From: the human T2T-CHM13v2.0 reference genome, Homo sapiens
Length of the DNA stretch: 64,000 nt
Reading direction: 5' to 3' (one strand)
Assembly (NCBI RefSeq): GCF_009914755.1
Contig: NC_060925.1
The position numbers and the translations under genes were made by a program. The notes under the pieces were generated by a model that saw nothing but the letters and a program-made list of their open reading frames with translations, was not told the origin of the DNA and ran no database searches. Position 1 is the stretch's first letter. Every line of letters starts with the position of its first letter. Of this stretch, positions 41,201-55,189 are shown piece by piece.

Positions 41201-41881
41201 TTTGTAAAATGTATTGATTATTAAATACTCCCAACTGTTACTTGAAGATAAAATAAACTTGTTCCAACTGTTTATTTTGTGATATCTAAGCAGTAAGAAG
41301 AAAATGAAAGGGTTCACAAAGATACTCAATTTGCTCTAGTGTCATTTTATTGTAATTCCTGTCTCTGCAAGGAGCCAGGCCTTTGGGTGGGAGCTCCACT
41401 TTCAATCTGGTTTGTCACCTCTTCAAGAATAGAAAAGAATGGCATTCGGAGCCAGTGACAAAACCTGCCTTCTCATATTCCCATCATGCATTCTTGTTCT
41501 GAATGCCCCCCTGATTCTTCACTGTACTTGAAGATTAAAAAAAGAGGTATAGAAGAACTGTGGTCAAAGAAAGATCTGCTCCCCTAGTCAGGCCAATCAG
41601 CCAAATGAACTCTGTTTCAGGCAGCACAGGCTGACAATATCACATCCAGGAAAAAATGCTGGGTAAAATCATTAATCTTAAAGGACAGACAAACTTTATT
41701 AATCATCTTGCTAACATTTAACTAACAGAGGAGGAAGTGGAATACCTAAAAGCTTTTATTAATGGCCTGTGAGATATATTGTAAATGTATATCTTAATTC
41801 TGGGTTTTCTGACTCCCTGGAAAAGTCTAAAGCAAACAATCAAACAAAAGCTGGTTGTGCTGGAGGATTTTTTTTTAAATT

Positions 41882-41905
41882 CACACACACACACACACAC
41901 ACACA
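41882..41905. repeat. (CA)12 microsatellite
   Basis: Direct inspection. Confidence 0.95.
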
Positions 41906-42774
41906 TTTATTAAACTATAAACAGCGAAAGTTGAGCACATAGCTTATTCACTGTTGTATCCTTAGCCTAGGTTCAGGCACCAAAATCTAGCTAAAAGATG
42001 CCAAAATAGAGAGCTCAATCCCTGGAATGTGACGTCTTTAGTCTGCATGTTTGGGCTTCAGTCAACTTCTCTTCTGGCATGATCAGGGGCTGGAATCTAA
42101 GTTGCATAATTTTACCTCTATAACTTGTCTAGAACCTTGGCCTCAAGACCTTCACCATCACTTCACCACTCAGGCCTTGGAGCAAACCATTCCTGTGCTG
42201 GCTGTGATCTAGGGCTGCATTCAAAGACTTGCATCTACAGCTGTAGGTCCTGTGCTACCAGGGACTTTCAGTCCTGACCTGCCACCTCAGCATTCTCCGT
42301 AGTTTGATGGGCTTGAGCACTTAATCAGTGTCCTTAGAGTAGGTTTTGTTGTTCAAACTGCTCTGCAAGAGGTCAGCTCTTTCTTTAGAAAGCTAGCTTG
42401 TAGAGAATGTGTTGGTCTAGTAAACCTTTACATCTCACCAACATCCACTTAAGTGTATGACTAAGAGCAAGCAGTGTCAAGAAAACTGAGAGTATTTGAT
42501 TCATAAAATAAGTGACCGCACACATATTTTTTAAGACAACCTCTTTCATGTTTTGCATTTCAATTAAATCTCAAATTCCATGAGGACTACAATTACATTT
42601 CCTTGTGCTTTGGGATCTTCCAATGAATAAAGTATGCACTTACATGACTTTTTAATTTGGGATACCCGTAAGTTCAATGTCTATCTATGTGGTGATACCA
42701 CTGAAACTATTTAATATAGTTTCTGTTCCTAGCTGTAATATGGAACTTTGTTTAAAGAAGTAGTGTTATAAAAA

Positions 42775-42925
42775 AGTAGTTTTCAAGTCTATCTGCAAAT
42801 CAGAATCATTTGGGAGGTTTTAAAAATCCAATGTCCATGATAACTCCTAGACTAATTAAATTAGTATTTCTAGACTTGGAATCCAAGTTCTTTGAACTTT
42901 TCAAGTGATTCAAATGTGAAGATCA
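42775..42925. mobile_element. MER5A (hAT-Charlie) fragment
   Basis: 'gcaaatcagaatcatttgggagg...caagtgattcaaatgtg'. Confidence 0.65.
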
Positions 42926-43056
42926 AAAGGCTTATTTTTAGCATGGATTATAACTGGTGAGTGGATAACCTGAGTGAATTAACAAATAAATGAATGAATC
43001 TATACATATATATTTTAATAAAAATATATATTTGTATACATATAGAAAACATATGC

Positions 43057-43355
<299 letters not shown>

Positions 43356-45616
43356 AGAAAACGTATACATACATTTGTGTTGCTTGCTAATGAGATAGAA
43401 AATGTAAACTTTTTTCAATTACAAATATATCTATCACAGAAAAATGTGTAGCAATTTTTTTTGTAAAGTAGCAAGCTAATTAAGTTTATATTTTTCATAC
43501 TGGTCATACACCATGCTAAATATAGTTGCTAACCAATGGATTTGCTTGCTGCTGTTATAAAAATATAAATATATAAGCAAACACAAAGGCAGTATCATCA
43601 ACTTATGAAAATTAATCAGTTATTTCAGGCCACTATGAAGCAGACACACATTTGAAGTTATGTTAATTTTGATATATTCTCTTTAGAGATAATTCAGTTT
43701 TTCTCTTCTGTAGTTATTTCTTTTGGTTCCACCATAAGAACTTGACTAGTCATCAATTATTGAATCAAATGCTTGTGAATTCTCTTATTTGTGTTGGATT
43801 TTTTATATGTGACATTCAAATTTTAAATAAATAAACAAAGAAAAGGCATTGCCATTGTACATGAAGCACTTATAATCTATCAGAGGAGCTTATAGCTATT
43901 TTCATAAATATATTTCTGCTGCTACTAAAATGCTAATGACTTAAAAGGAAAAATGCACTAAGATGATTCTGTCTAACTAGAACTGAAGCACTCTCTCCTC
44001 GGTTGACTTAGAGATACGCAGTCACTAGTGAAGATAAAAAGTATTTCGCAATCTTTCTCTACTGGTGAGATAACTTTGTACATGAACTATATCCACGTAT
44101 TTGAATAATCCCCTAAAGAAAGCTGCTAATTGCATAGCATATCATGAAGACAGAAAGATTTATAAAACCTTATCATATGTCAAGGATATGAAAAGGCAGG
44201 AAGCGCCTTGGTTATAATCATTCTATTATTTTTTCCAAAAAGACAATCTAACGTGAAGGAATGGCTTAGGATTGATTGAATTAAAAGCAACTTGGTTTTT
44301 AACTCTACTCAAAAAGTAAAGCATGTAATTAAATCATCAGCACCTTTTCAGCCTAAATTTCAACAAAAAGCAGAAAATATTTTCACAGAGTAAAATTATC
44401 TGAAGTGCCAAAATGTGTATTACCAGCATCACAAGCAGAGAATTTAAAAATTAGAGTAAACAATCTGATTTAGTGCAAGGAGGACTTATTAAGTAAAATT
44501 GTAATTTAATTACAGTACTTAATTTACATTTGCATTGGATATCTTTAATTATATATATATCCAATAATTTCTAAAATACATGTGCATTAAAAATTGAGAG
44601 GAAGCTTATTAAGCTGTTTTGTCCAAATAAGAGAAATCTTAAAACAGAACATTTAGAAAATAATTTGCTGTGGGTCATACACTCAATACGTGGTGGGCCT
44701 CACAAGACGGATCATCCCTCACCTAAAAAAGCTTACAGGGAAGGGTGACAGATGACAGGAATTACATTATAGCAGTGCTAGGATAGCTTTTTTTTTTCTT
44801 TTAAATAAGCTTCTACTAATAGTCCATTTTCTAAAGTGAGTTAAGATTCTTAGGCGATATCGTGCTTCTTGTGATAACCATCACCACTTTCTATTTGTTA
44901 GTACTGACAGATTACAATCAATAGATTTTATGGCAATAGGGAGAACACTATCCTGTGACTACAGTGAAAGGTGGGCATTTTCTATCTGAGATTTGAAATA
45001 CACTAACGGATGCTTCTGTGATAACACAACGGAATAGAGACTGACCACTTTAAAGGCTCAGGGATGAGGATTAAAGGAAAAGATAACTTTTTTTCTAATG
45101 AGGTTTTCTTCTCCATTGGTCCACGCTAGTAATGTCCCTACTCAGCCTCTCTGAAAGCTATTACACTTGGCTTCATACATAAAGGTGATGACCTCCAGAT
45201 GAATTTAATGGTGATATAAGGAATTACCATATCAATAAAGGCAAAAAGTGGCAAATATTTTTATAATTTAAAAAGAAAGCAGAGTGTATTGCAGCCACTT
45301 TCAACCTTTTCTTATGCAACAAATAGAAAGCAGGAAGAGGACTGAAGGAAATAAAAATTCAATGCTACACTATGTATGTGCCTATAACTCACAGGAAGTG
45401 TTGTGCTCTGGGCTTGCTGGAGGGACCCAAGGGGTGAAGCACAGGGAGGAAATCAGAAAATACCATTGGGTTGGTTTTCCTGAAGGGATTCTCCTGCAGC
45501 TGACATTATGTGTCTCCTGAAAACCTTAGGTATGGCAGAGTTAAAATATTAGTCCCTTTTATCAAGCCAAGAAGGAGGCTATGAATGCGGAAAATAGAAC
45601 ATGTATTCTCTCAAAA

Positions 45617-45776
45617 AAGTGTTTCTCAAATGTTAAGATTCCTGCAAATGCCGTGGAGCTTAAGAAAATACAGTTTCTGGGTCCATAGGTCTGAAATGGG
45701 GCTTCAGATTCTGAACCCCCATTCACCAGTTCCTGGTGATATCAATGCTGCTGGTGTTTGGACATTTTGATTAGCC
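45617..45776. mobile_element. MER5A/B fragment
   Basis: 'agtgtttctcaaa...cagttcctggtgatatcaatgctgctggt'. Confidence 0.7.
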
Positions 45777-46286
45777 CAGTCGTAGAGCATAAGATGAAAG
45801 ACAAAGCAGATGGCTAAAATGTGTAACAACAGAAAGCATTGAGACTGCTTGAGAACAAAGGGGCTGATATGGGGTCAGCACTGCGTAAAAGGAGAGTTGT
45901 GACCACAAGTTAATAATAATAAGTGTTTCTTTTCCTAATTTTAGCTAAGCAACATTATTTTTAAATTAATTCTTCCTATAGATTGATTTATTCAAGTTTA
46001 AACAGCAAAGACATTAGTTAGGCACAAATGCATTTTTTCTCATTCTTATTCAGTTCAACCCATTTTTGATGGGAGAATCATCTATTTTCTCCTAATTCTG
46101 GGTTTTCTGAGACAGATTGCTTATCTTATACAGACTTTCCAAAAATAGGGCTTTCTTGAACCTCAACACTGCTATTCTGCCAGTGTGTGCACACAGCAAA
46201 TAGAGACACATTTATAATGTAAGCCAAATGAATATATAATTATGAATGAAAATTTGGTGAGAAAGAAATAACTATATTTGAAAAAC

Positions 46287-46317
<31 letters not shown>

Positions 46318-46454
46318 TAATACATACCCAGTTAATATTATACCCAAGCTCCACTGTTAAGTCCATACTAGAATTATTTCAGATAAGTCCGAAAGTTTCC
46401 ATATAGAAATAGCTGGACTGAAATACCAAACACACCTATATTTTGGGTTTCCCT

Positions 46455-46831
46455 TGCTATTAGTCCATTCTCACACTGCTGTGAAGTGTCACCTGAGACT
46501 AGGTAATTCATGAATAAAAGATGTTTACTTGACTCACAGTTCCACAGGCTGTACAGGACGCACGGCTGTGAGGCCTCAGGAAACTTAAAATCATGGCAGA
46601 AGGCAAAGGGGAAGCAGGCACATCTTTGCATGGTGGCAGGAGAGAAAAAGAGAAGGGGAAGTGCTACACACTTTCAAACAACCAGATCTTGTGAGAACTC
46701 ACTATCAAGAGAACTGCAAGGGGGAAATCCACCCCCATGATCCAATCACCTCCCACCAGGTCTCTCCCCCAACATTGTGGATTACAATTCAACATGAGAT
46801 TTCGGTGGGGACACAGAGCCAAACAATATCA
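46455..46831 (-). mobile_element. MSTA solo LTR
   Basis: 'tattagtccattctcacactgct...ttccacaggctgtacagga..ggattacaattcaacatgagattt..caatatca'. Confidence 0.92.
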
Positions 46832-46869
46832 CCCTCTAAAAGCCAATTGTATAAGCTAGTCTTTAAACA

Positions 46870-46957
46870 ACTCTAGATCTTACTTTGCTTATTTGTAAAA
46901 TGAAGGATCTGAGACACACAATGTTTAAGTTTTCTTCTAGTTCTAAAATTCTTGGAT
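46870..46957 (+). mobile_element. MIR 3' fragment (target of the L1PB insertion)
   Basis: 'cttatttgtaaaatgaagg...ttctagttctaaaattct'. Confidence 0.55.
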
Positions 46958-48100
46958 GTCAGAGTGGGAGAAAATCTTCACAATTACAGTCTGACAAAGG
47001 ACTAATATCCAGAATCTACAACACACTCAAACAAATCAGTCAAAAACAAACAAACAAACAAACAATCATATCTAAAAGTGGGCTAAGAACATGAATAAAC
47101 AATTCTCAAAAGAAGAGATACAAATGGCCAAAAAACATATGAAAAAAATGCTCAACATCACTAATGATCAGAGAAATGCAAATCAAAACCACAATGTGAT
47201 ATTCCTGCAAGAATGGTCATAACCAAAAAATTTTAAAATGTAGATGTTGACACGGATGCAGTGATCAGGGAACACTGCTACACTGCTGGTGGGAATGTAA
47301 ACTAGTATAGACACTACTGAAAGCAGTATGGAGATTCCTTAAAGAACTAAAAGTAGAACTACAATTTGGTCCAGCAGTCCAACTACTGGGTACTTTACCC
47401 AGAGGAAAAGAAGTCATTGCTCAAAAAAGATACTTGCACACGCATGTTTATTGTAGCACAATTCACAATTGCAAAATCACGGAACCAACCCAAATGCACA
47501 TCAATCAACGAGTGGATAAAGAAACTATGGTGTGTGTATATATATATGTGTGTGTATATATATATGTGTGTGTGTATATATATATATATAATACCTATAT
47601 ATATAAAATACCTATATATATATATGATGGAATTATATATATATATATATGATGGAATTATATATATATATATGATGGAATTATATATATATATATGATG
47701 GAATTATATATATATATATATGATGGAATTATATATATATATATGATGGAATACTATTCAGCCATAAAAAGGAAAGAATTAATAGCATTTGCAGTGACCT
47801 GGATGAAATTGGAGACTATTATTCTAAGTGAAGTAACTCAGGAATGGAAAACCAAACATCGTATGCTCTCATTGATATGTGGGAGCTAAGCTATGAGGAC
47901 GCAAAGGCATTAAGAATGATACAATGGACTTTGGGGACTTGGGTGGAAGAGTTGGAAGGGGACAAGGGATAAACGACTACAAATATGGTTGGGTGTATAG
48001 TGCTTGGGTGATGGGTGCACCAAAATCTCACAAATCACCACTGAAGAACTTACTCATGTAACCAAGTACTGCATGTACCCCAATAACTTATGGAAAAGAA
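46958..48100 (+). mobile_element. L1PB (L1PB1-like) 5'-truncated 3' end
   Basis: ORF2 C-terminus (KDTCTRMFIVAQFTIAK..NQPKC; AVTWMKLETIILSEVTQEWKTKHRM) and L1PB 3'UTR 'ctcacaaatcaccactgaagaacttactcatgtaacc'. Confidence 0.93.
47527..47752. repeat. Compound TG/TA microsatellite and [TGATGGAAT(TA)n]x6 minisatellite within L1PB
   Basis: Units start at 47625, 47650, 47673, 47696, 47721 and 47744. Confidence 0.95.
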
Positions 48101-48844
48101 GTAATCTATTCTAGGAAGAATTCACTGATTAACTCAACCTGGCTTAATTCTTCTATTTACTATCATTATTAATAAACATTTTATATCCTTAAATAAAATA
48201 AAATTCTTGGATAAAAAATAAGCAAATGTTCTTTAAGAGGCTTCTCTTTTGAGGTTGCCCCTTTCTGTAAGAAGATAAGTACTATTACTTTTCTGCTGCC
48301 ACAGGGAAGTCTAGCCCCACTCTTTTATCAGTAGCAGAATGTTTTTAAAAACATGCTGACAGTGACTTTGAGACCTGATAGTGTTTGTGTTTTCAAGATA
48401 AAAATGGTCTTCATCAGCCCTTTTAATTGAAAGTAAATTGCTGTCAGAAATGTGATTACTACAGGGAAAAGAGAAGGGTGGACCTGCTTATAAGTTTCAA
48501 CATCAATAGCCTTTTTTTAAAGGGCCTATTCAAGAGGAGATGCCCACTGGGCAGAAAAGAAGTAGAAATAAGATACTAAATTATATTTTTAAGTGGATCC
48601 CTTGATTCTTCATTTGTCTACATAATACAATGGAAAATTAGTTCAAATTCCTTTAAGAAAAATAGCATTAGGACATGAAACTCCATATCCTTCCCAAACA
48701 TTACCAAGTCATCTGCCTTTTATTCTTATATGAAATTAAGACTCACAAAGCACATGTGAGACACAGCGCTAGATGTTGGGGTTATATATACTTCTCCTTC
48801 TGGAATCCATTTATAAGCTGTGATAGATACAGGAAAATAAAAGG

Positions 48845-49045
48845 AAAACAACATTTATTTAGTGTTTACAATATTCCAGGTACTGCTGGATCAGGCACAT
48901 ATATGGTTTTCACTTCACTGCTACAACTCAGTGGGCTGGTATATGTACCCTTTTTCTCAGAAAGGAAGTCGCAACTCAGAGAGATTAAGTAGACTTCCCA
49001 AGTCACAGTCCATACAGCTGATATTTGTATCGGGTTTTCTGACTG
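48845..49045 (-). mobile_element. MIR
   Basis: 'acatttatttagtgtttacaatattccaggtactg...cagagagattaagtagacttcccaagtcacag'. Confidence 0.75.
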
Positions 49046-50639
49046 CAGAGATTTTATTTGGTCAGTATAGAGTCACTTGGCCAAACAGATTAATTGTAAA
49101 ACTCCGTGATACCAAGTGCAATGAAGCCAAGAAAGAGATGAAACTAAATCTGCTTTGAGAAAGCAGTGAAAATTTGACATTGTAGGAAATATGTGAGCTG
49201 TCCCCTCAAAGAATGAGAATTTAGCCTGGAGGAAAAGGGCAACTGAAGGTAACATGAATGGCATCATTTATTCAGTTTCCAGCTGATTGCAAAGGCTTGA
49301 ACTATGCAACAGGAAGATATGAAAAATAATGCATTAAGCTTTACAAAACATTTTTTCTGTTTTGACAAGAAGGCTTCTATTGGGGATGTATTTAACACCT
49401 ATTTATAAGATCAACACCATTTTGAAAGATAAACCATAAGACCTACTTTACAAAATGTATTTATTTATTTAATGAATGCTTACTTTGTTCAAATACCAGT
49501 CACAATTTAATGAAATCTTGCAATTGTGTAAGGCTTTGTCATCTCTAAATGCTTCTTTATTATAGCCAGAGCCATCTAAACAATCACTTCAGGTACCATA
49601 ACTCTTTCAATCTCAAGGTTCCAACCAAGTCTATAACAAGTAAAACTGGAGAACAACATATCCTAGAACAAAAAGCAGGCTGCTGAAATCATGTTTAGTA
49701 AGAATCAAATTTTGGTTAGCTTTATACTATTAAATACATTCTAGTAAAAATATCCAAGCCTTTCTATGCAGTACTTTTGAAATTACAAATATAAAACTCC
49801 GCCTGAAAAAATAAAAATGCTTTCTCACACAAGATGGCAGAGAGGACGAAATGGGTTGGCGAAAAGGGATTTTGCAATAAAAATATTTTCTTAGCATTTA
49901 CAAAATACCATGGGATTCCTAAATCTTCCAATTTAATGTGTTCAGAGACGAAAACCGGTGCTATTTCCTCTTGGTCTAGCTCTCTGAATAGTAACTAGCT
50001 AGCATGCATATGCCTCAGAATTGCAACTTCATAACATTGTTTACGAACTTGGAAGAAACTTTTCACCACCACATAGCGATTTCATCTTAGTGGTGGTTCA
50101 TGTAACACATTTCAATTTAATATCACATGGCTTGTTTTATAACATAATAAAGTGGTATATAATACATCAGGCACCAATCATGCATCTGAATTTTGCAACA
50201 GATACGTGGATAAAATCTTTTTTTAATTAGGAGACATTATGTGCCTATCATTATCCATCATGTTTTTATCATTTTCATCTGGTCTATATGTCCCATGTTC
50301 ATAAAGTTGATAACATCAAAACACGGAAAGTATAGGAAATAACATAGAAAACATACCACATAAAGAAGCAATCTTTCACTGCACAAATTGAGTATAAAAT
50401 TTAACCCGTTTGAAAGGGTCATTATATTGTGGGAATGAGGAGCAGAAAGACAAGTGGAGTATAAAGAAAATGGGCTTTAAAGTCAAACTTGCCTAGATTC
50501 AAATCTTGGTTCTATGATTACTAATTATAAAGCCAAATTAGAGATATTTAAACTCTCTAGGGAGCAGACGATAAGTAAAATTTTTGGCCTTTGTGAAACC
50601 TTTTCTGATGTTACATCCTTTTTTGCCACGTGCTTTATT

Positions 50640-50840
50640 ATGCCACTGTGCTCACATAGAACTGTACTTTTCCATTTTAATGGAATTTTAACTGTAATTT
50701 CCATTTTAATACTCATCAATTGATCTTTTATATCTCTTGAATGCCAAGTTTATAAACTGGACTGTAAGATATTTGAGGGCATGGAACATTTATTTTCTAT
50801 AACAAGTACATAGTATAATTTTTGATATATTGTATAATAG
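50640..50840 (+). mobile_element. L2 3' end fragment
   Basis: 'gactgtaagatatttgagggcatggaac'. Confidence 0.55.
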
Positions 50841-53079
50841 AATTCAAAAGAGTTTATTTGGTCTATGAAAATTAAAGCAGAGTATTATTTTAAAATAATC
50901 ATTATAGTCAACTTTTCAGCAGGACTGCTTGTATTTTACAAAAACTTTTTTTTTTTTCTAAAATTATCTAATGAGCCCTAGGTTATTCACCCAGATACAG
51001 TATCTCAACATATTTAATTTACTATAAACCTTCAATTCACTGTCACCCCCACCTATACTTTTTTTTACTATGCAAAAATATATTCACAGAGAACATATAT
51101 AACTTTCTTATAAGAAACAAAATTTCTTTGTTTGCTGAGATAACTCAAAGTTTGTCAATACAGTTGTGTTGATTTCTATATAGCAAAATTTAAAATGTAC
51201 ATGATTGTACAAACACCTCAGGAAGTCAAAGCTTTGTTTTTAGGTAACCAAATGGGTTCTTCCTTCACTTTAATTTACGTGTGCATCTTTATTTTATCCA
51301 AAACCATCTTTCTTCAGCCTCAACAATGTGATCAGCACTGTGTGAGGCACTGACGAGAACTAGAGAAGGAAATACATTCAGTTCCTGTCATTTTGAAGGT
51401 CCCAGCCTGATGTGATAAACAAAAATGCAGAGCACAACCTGGTAAGTGTTATAATAGAGGAGGGTACATTATATTATGAAAGCAGAAACACAAGAGTAAC
51501 TGTCAAATGTCTGTTTTTGGAACTGGAAAATAATTGTGAATTATGCTAATAGTGAAATCTAGGTCCCTGCTATTATAGCTGCCTTCCCTTTCAAATGCCT
51601 TTACTTTAATGGCTTTATGAAATAAAGGCTGTGACTATTGTAGACAAGCTCTGAAAAGCAAACATTGATTTTGAAAAAGGAAATGCATCGCAGGGACATC
51701 AGCTATGCCAGTGCATTCAAACTGATTTTAGCAAATATTGAAACCTTATCTGACACCACAATGATCTAAACAAGATTATAATAAAATTACCTGTAATTAG
51801 AGAGTAAAATTTCCCACAGAAAGCTTTCATTTTGGCCTCTGGAAACAATAGAGTTTTCATTTCTGCTGGCAGAGTTATGATCTTTGTCTAGATAAATAGC
51901 ATGTGGCATCTAAATAACATTCTTTTTCCAAAACAGCCAATGGGGATTTGGGGACAAAAACAATTAGGCTGGCATAAACCAACTAGTGTTAGTCTGCTTA
52001 TATTTTCATCACAGATAGCCCCTAAATCTCTATTTAGAAAAGCATATAGTTAAAACTTGAAAAATATTTGTTTCTGATTAGAGAACTTCAGGTTTCACCA
52101 CTGACACAACAATGTAAAAGAATATGCATAATGAGATGGAGAAACACAACTATGATTTCCTTAAAGGAGTCAGTCTCTGAGCCTCAGTTTCGTCATATGT
52201 AGAATGGAAAAATAAGGTGAAATGCAACTTCTTCTGAGAAATCGTTCCTGACCAGGCTATTCTCTGTTATTTCCTCATGCCTTCCATATGTAGAGGCTTT
52301 CAAACTACTTTGTTTATTCCTTTATTTTACCTGTTACCCAGTATAACAAGCGGGAAAGCTATACTAGTAACCAAAGACATTTCTCAACCTCCTTACCCAA
52401 GCCCCCTCATCTCAAAGGTAATTTATTGAAATATGAACCAACATTTCTTCCTTAGATTTATGTTCTCCCATGCTCCCACTATTTAATCAGGTGCATTCAA
52501 TGTTTCAGGAAAGCAAAGAAAGAAAGGAGATTTCAGTTTTTAAAACTTTGGTAGTTAGATTATTTTTTAACCTAAGGCCAGGAAGTATCAGGACATAAAC
52601 GTAAGGTATTGGTACAATACGTTATATTTTCTGTCCTGGGAGCAGAGAGGAGAAAAAAATAATTTAACGCAAAACTATGAAATAGAAACTGGCCTATGAC
52701 CTCTAGGCAGGATCCTGTACTTTTCTACTATTCCTTTTCCAAGGTGGATCTCAAAAGAAGATATATGATTAAGTAATCCCAAGATAGGTTTAGGGTCTGA
52801 GTGCAATGGTGACTTGTGTACTCACTTTCCAAGGTCAGCTCTTCAAAAGTAATAGGATTTTTCATGGGAACAGAAGAAATAGCTGAATGGATATGTAGTC
52901 AATGGATTTGAGATGCTCTTGCTGAATGTCAAGAGAACAAGAGAGTGTTTTGGCTGCATCACATAATAGCATATAAGTCTGACACCAGGAACTGTGAGAT
53001 TCTAGAGGTCACGCCATCTGGACCCAGAGAACACAGCAGTGACTAACCTCTTTCTCTGCTTCTTATCTTTATCTTACCT

Positions 53080-53315
53080 ACCATCCAGGTGCAACTCGAT
53101 GCCCCCTCCGGCAGTGAAGGTGCCCCAGACTGGAAGCAGGCAACTGCTCTAAAATACTCAAAGCACTTTACCATACTTGACTTTGAAAATTAGTTACCCT
53201 TTCTTTCCAAGTAAAATTGTAAATTCCTTAAGGATAAAATCCGTTTTTTATTTTGTATCCTCAGTACCTAGTGTAGTACAGACACATATGAGGACTAAAT
53301 AAATATTTGGTGAAG
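53080..53315 (+). mobile_element. L2 3' end fragment
   Basis: 'ttgtaaattccttaaggataaa..ttttgtatcctcagtacctagtgtagt..aataaatatttggtgaa'. Confidence 0.65.
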
Positions 53316-55189
53316 CAGTGATTAAGTTAATTTGTGTATATTTAATTATGAATTAGAAAATCACCCTGATGGAAAATATGAAAATGAAGTAAAGTGGCTG
53401 AAATCAGGTGAAATTAAAAGACATTTTTTGAATGATGATCATCTAAAAATCAAAGTGAAAATAAATCAACTTCATATTCAAATTCCTGTGGTCCATGGAT
53501 ATAACCATGATGGAAGTAATCTTTCCTTTCTTTCATATTTAAAGCATACCAAAAAAATTAATATTATTAGCCTAAGTAAAATTTTATCCTGACAGTGTCT
53601 CCTGGATGGCCATGAAAGAATACTAATGGTCTTGTTGTGGTCTTTGGACAACCTGAAATGTCAATATAAATTAGCTTCACTTTTCCTGCTTGCCAGCTTC
53701 TATCTGCAACCAATTCATAACTTTGTTTCTCATACTTGTGCCCAAATAGACCACTTTCCTGGTAGAAACAGTTTTTCCTTTTCAGATACTGACATTTTTA
53801 TGATCTTCCTGACAGCTTTTGGGGAATGCCTTGTCCCTCATAAACTTCTTTCTATACCAATGTGAAGAAAATTTTCTTCCCAAAGAAGCTAAAAAATCTC
53901 TTTTTCTCCCTTCAAAGCACAAAAGAAAAGGCTTGTTCCCATGTTAATAAGTAAGTAAGCAATAAAGCTTGAATCAGAAGTACAAGAAGAGGATTTTTGA
54001 ATCTTGCTTGAAGAATGCTTATATACTTTAGCTAATTCCTAAGAGAAATGATTTATTGAGTAAAATATCCCCTGCAAAAGCAGCAGTTAAAAATAGTCAT
54101 GATACTCCTTGTGAGGATGGGCTAAAAAGACTCATCAAATCATTGTAGGAAGATAGTTAAAGGTTTTGTACATTATAGATACTTTACCTGGGAATAATTG
54201 AATTAGGGTAAATAAATTTGAGTGGAATTTCTTTTTTAGTATGGATTTTTAAAAATCACTTAATTATGTTTATGAATAATTCCTGAATATTTTCTTATTC
54301 AAAGACAAATCAAAATACTGTAATCCCAAAATTAGCGACTCTCTATTGAGGTCAGTCAGAGTAAGCTTCTTGGTAGGTGCTTCTGTAATTGAGAAGCCTG
54401 ATAAATACCATCAGTTTCTATATAAATACTCATTTGATGTATATACAAGACCACACAGTGCAATCACAAAATTTTTCCCAAGGTCTTTCTGAAGATGGAG
54501 AAAGTGAAGTGTGAGAAATAACTGGTTATTTTATAGACTGGTGAAAAAACTTGATTGACTCCTGGAAATACATGAAAAACAATTAATCAGTGAAAACAAA
54601 CCACAGGCTGCAAAACTAATCAGTCAAAGGAAAAGAAATAAATGAAGAAAAAGGAGAAGAATTGCTGAGGCAACATCCAAAGGAATTTAAGTCTCAGTAG
54701 ATCTAATTATGTAGGTAGATATTTTTCTTGTGTGTGATTGCATTTCATTCAAAATTTTAGTTGCTTCTCAGCAAATCCTAAGCCATTAAAATGTCTCTCT
54801 TAAAAGAAAAAAGGGCTAACCAAAGTAGAATAATGAATAAAACTTTTATCTAACATTTTATTTAAGCTGAGTGTCTAATAGTATTGAATGTTTGATGCAC
54901 AACCAAACCATCAACAAATCTATGCTTCCATTAAATTAAACTAAGCTGCTTTTAATTATTCAGTATGCTTTTTTTTTTTTTTTAATTTTCTGTCTCCTGT
55001 CTTTCTCTTTGACTGTTTACCAGGTTTGTCCTGATGCTTTTCATATCTTCTTTGCTGTTGGGAAGGGAGAATTTCAATACATTTTATGAGGGAAAAGGCT
55101 AAAATGTGATTTTGGATTGTCTGAGGAATTTCCCTATCCAGGCAATGTTTCTCTGTTATTATTGAATTCGAATCACAGTGAGTAGTGAA

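Noticed and set aside
47625-47752. Repeat-spacer pattern resembling a CRISPR array
   Set aside because: 9-bp repeats with pure (TA)n spacers inside a human L1; no cas genes.
53097-53116. CTCF-like motif (reverse complement ctgccggagggggcatc); also ccactaggggatg at ~36892
   Set aside because: Three mismatches each in the core; not supportable without a PWM scan or ChIP data.
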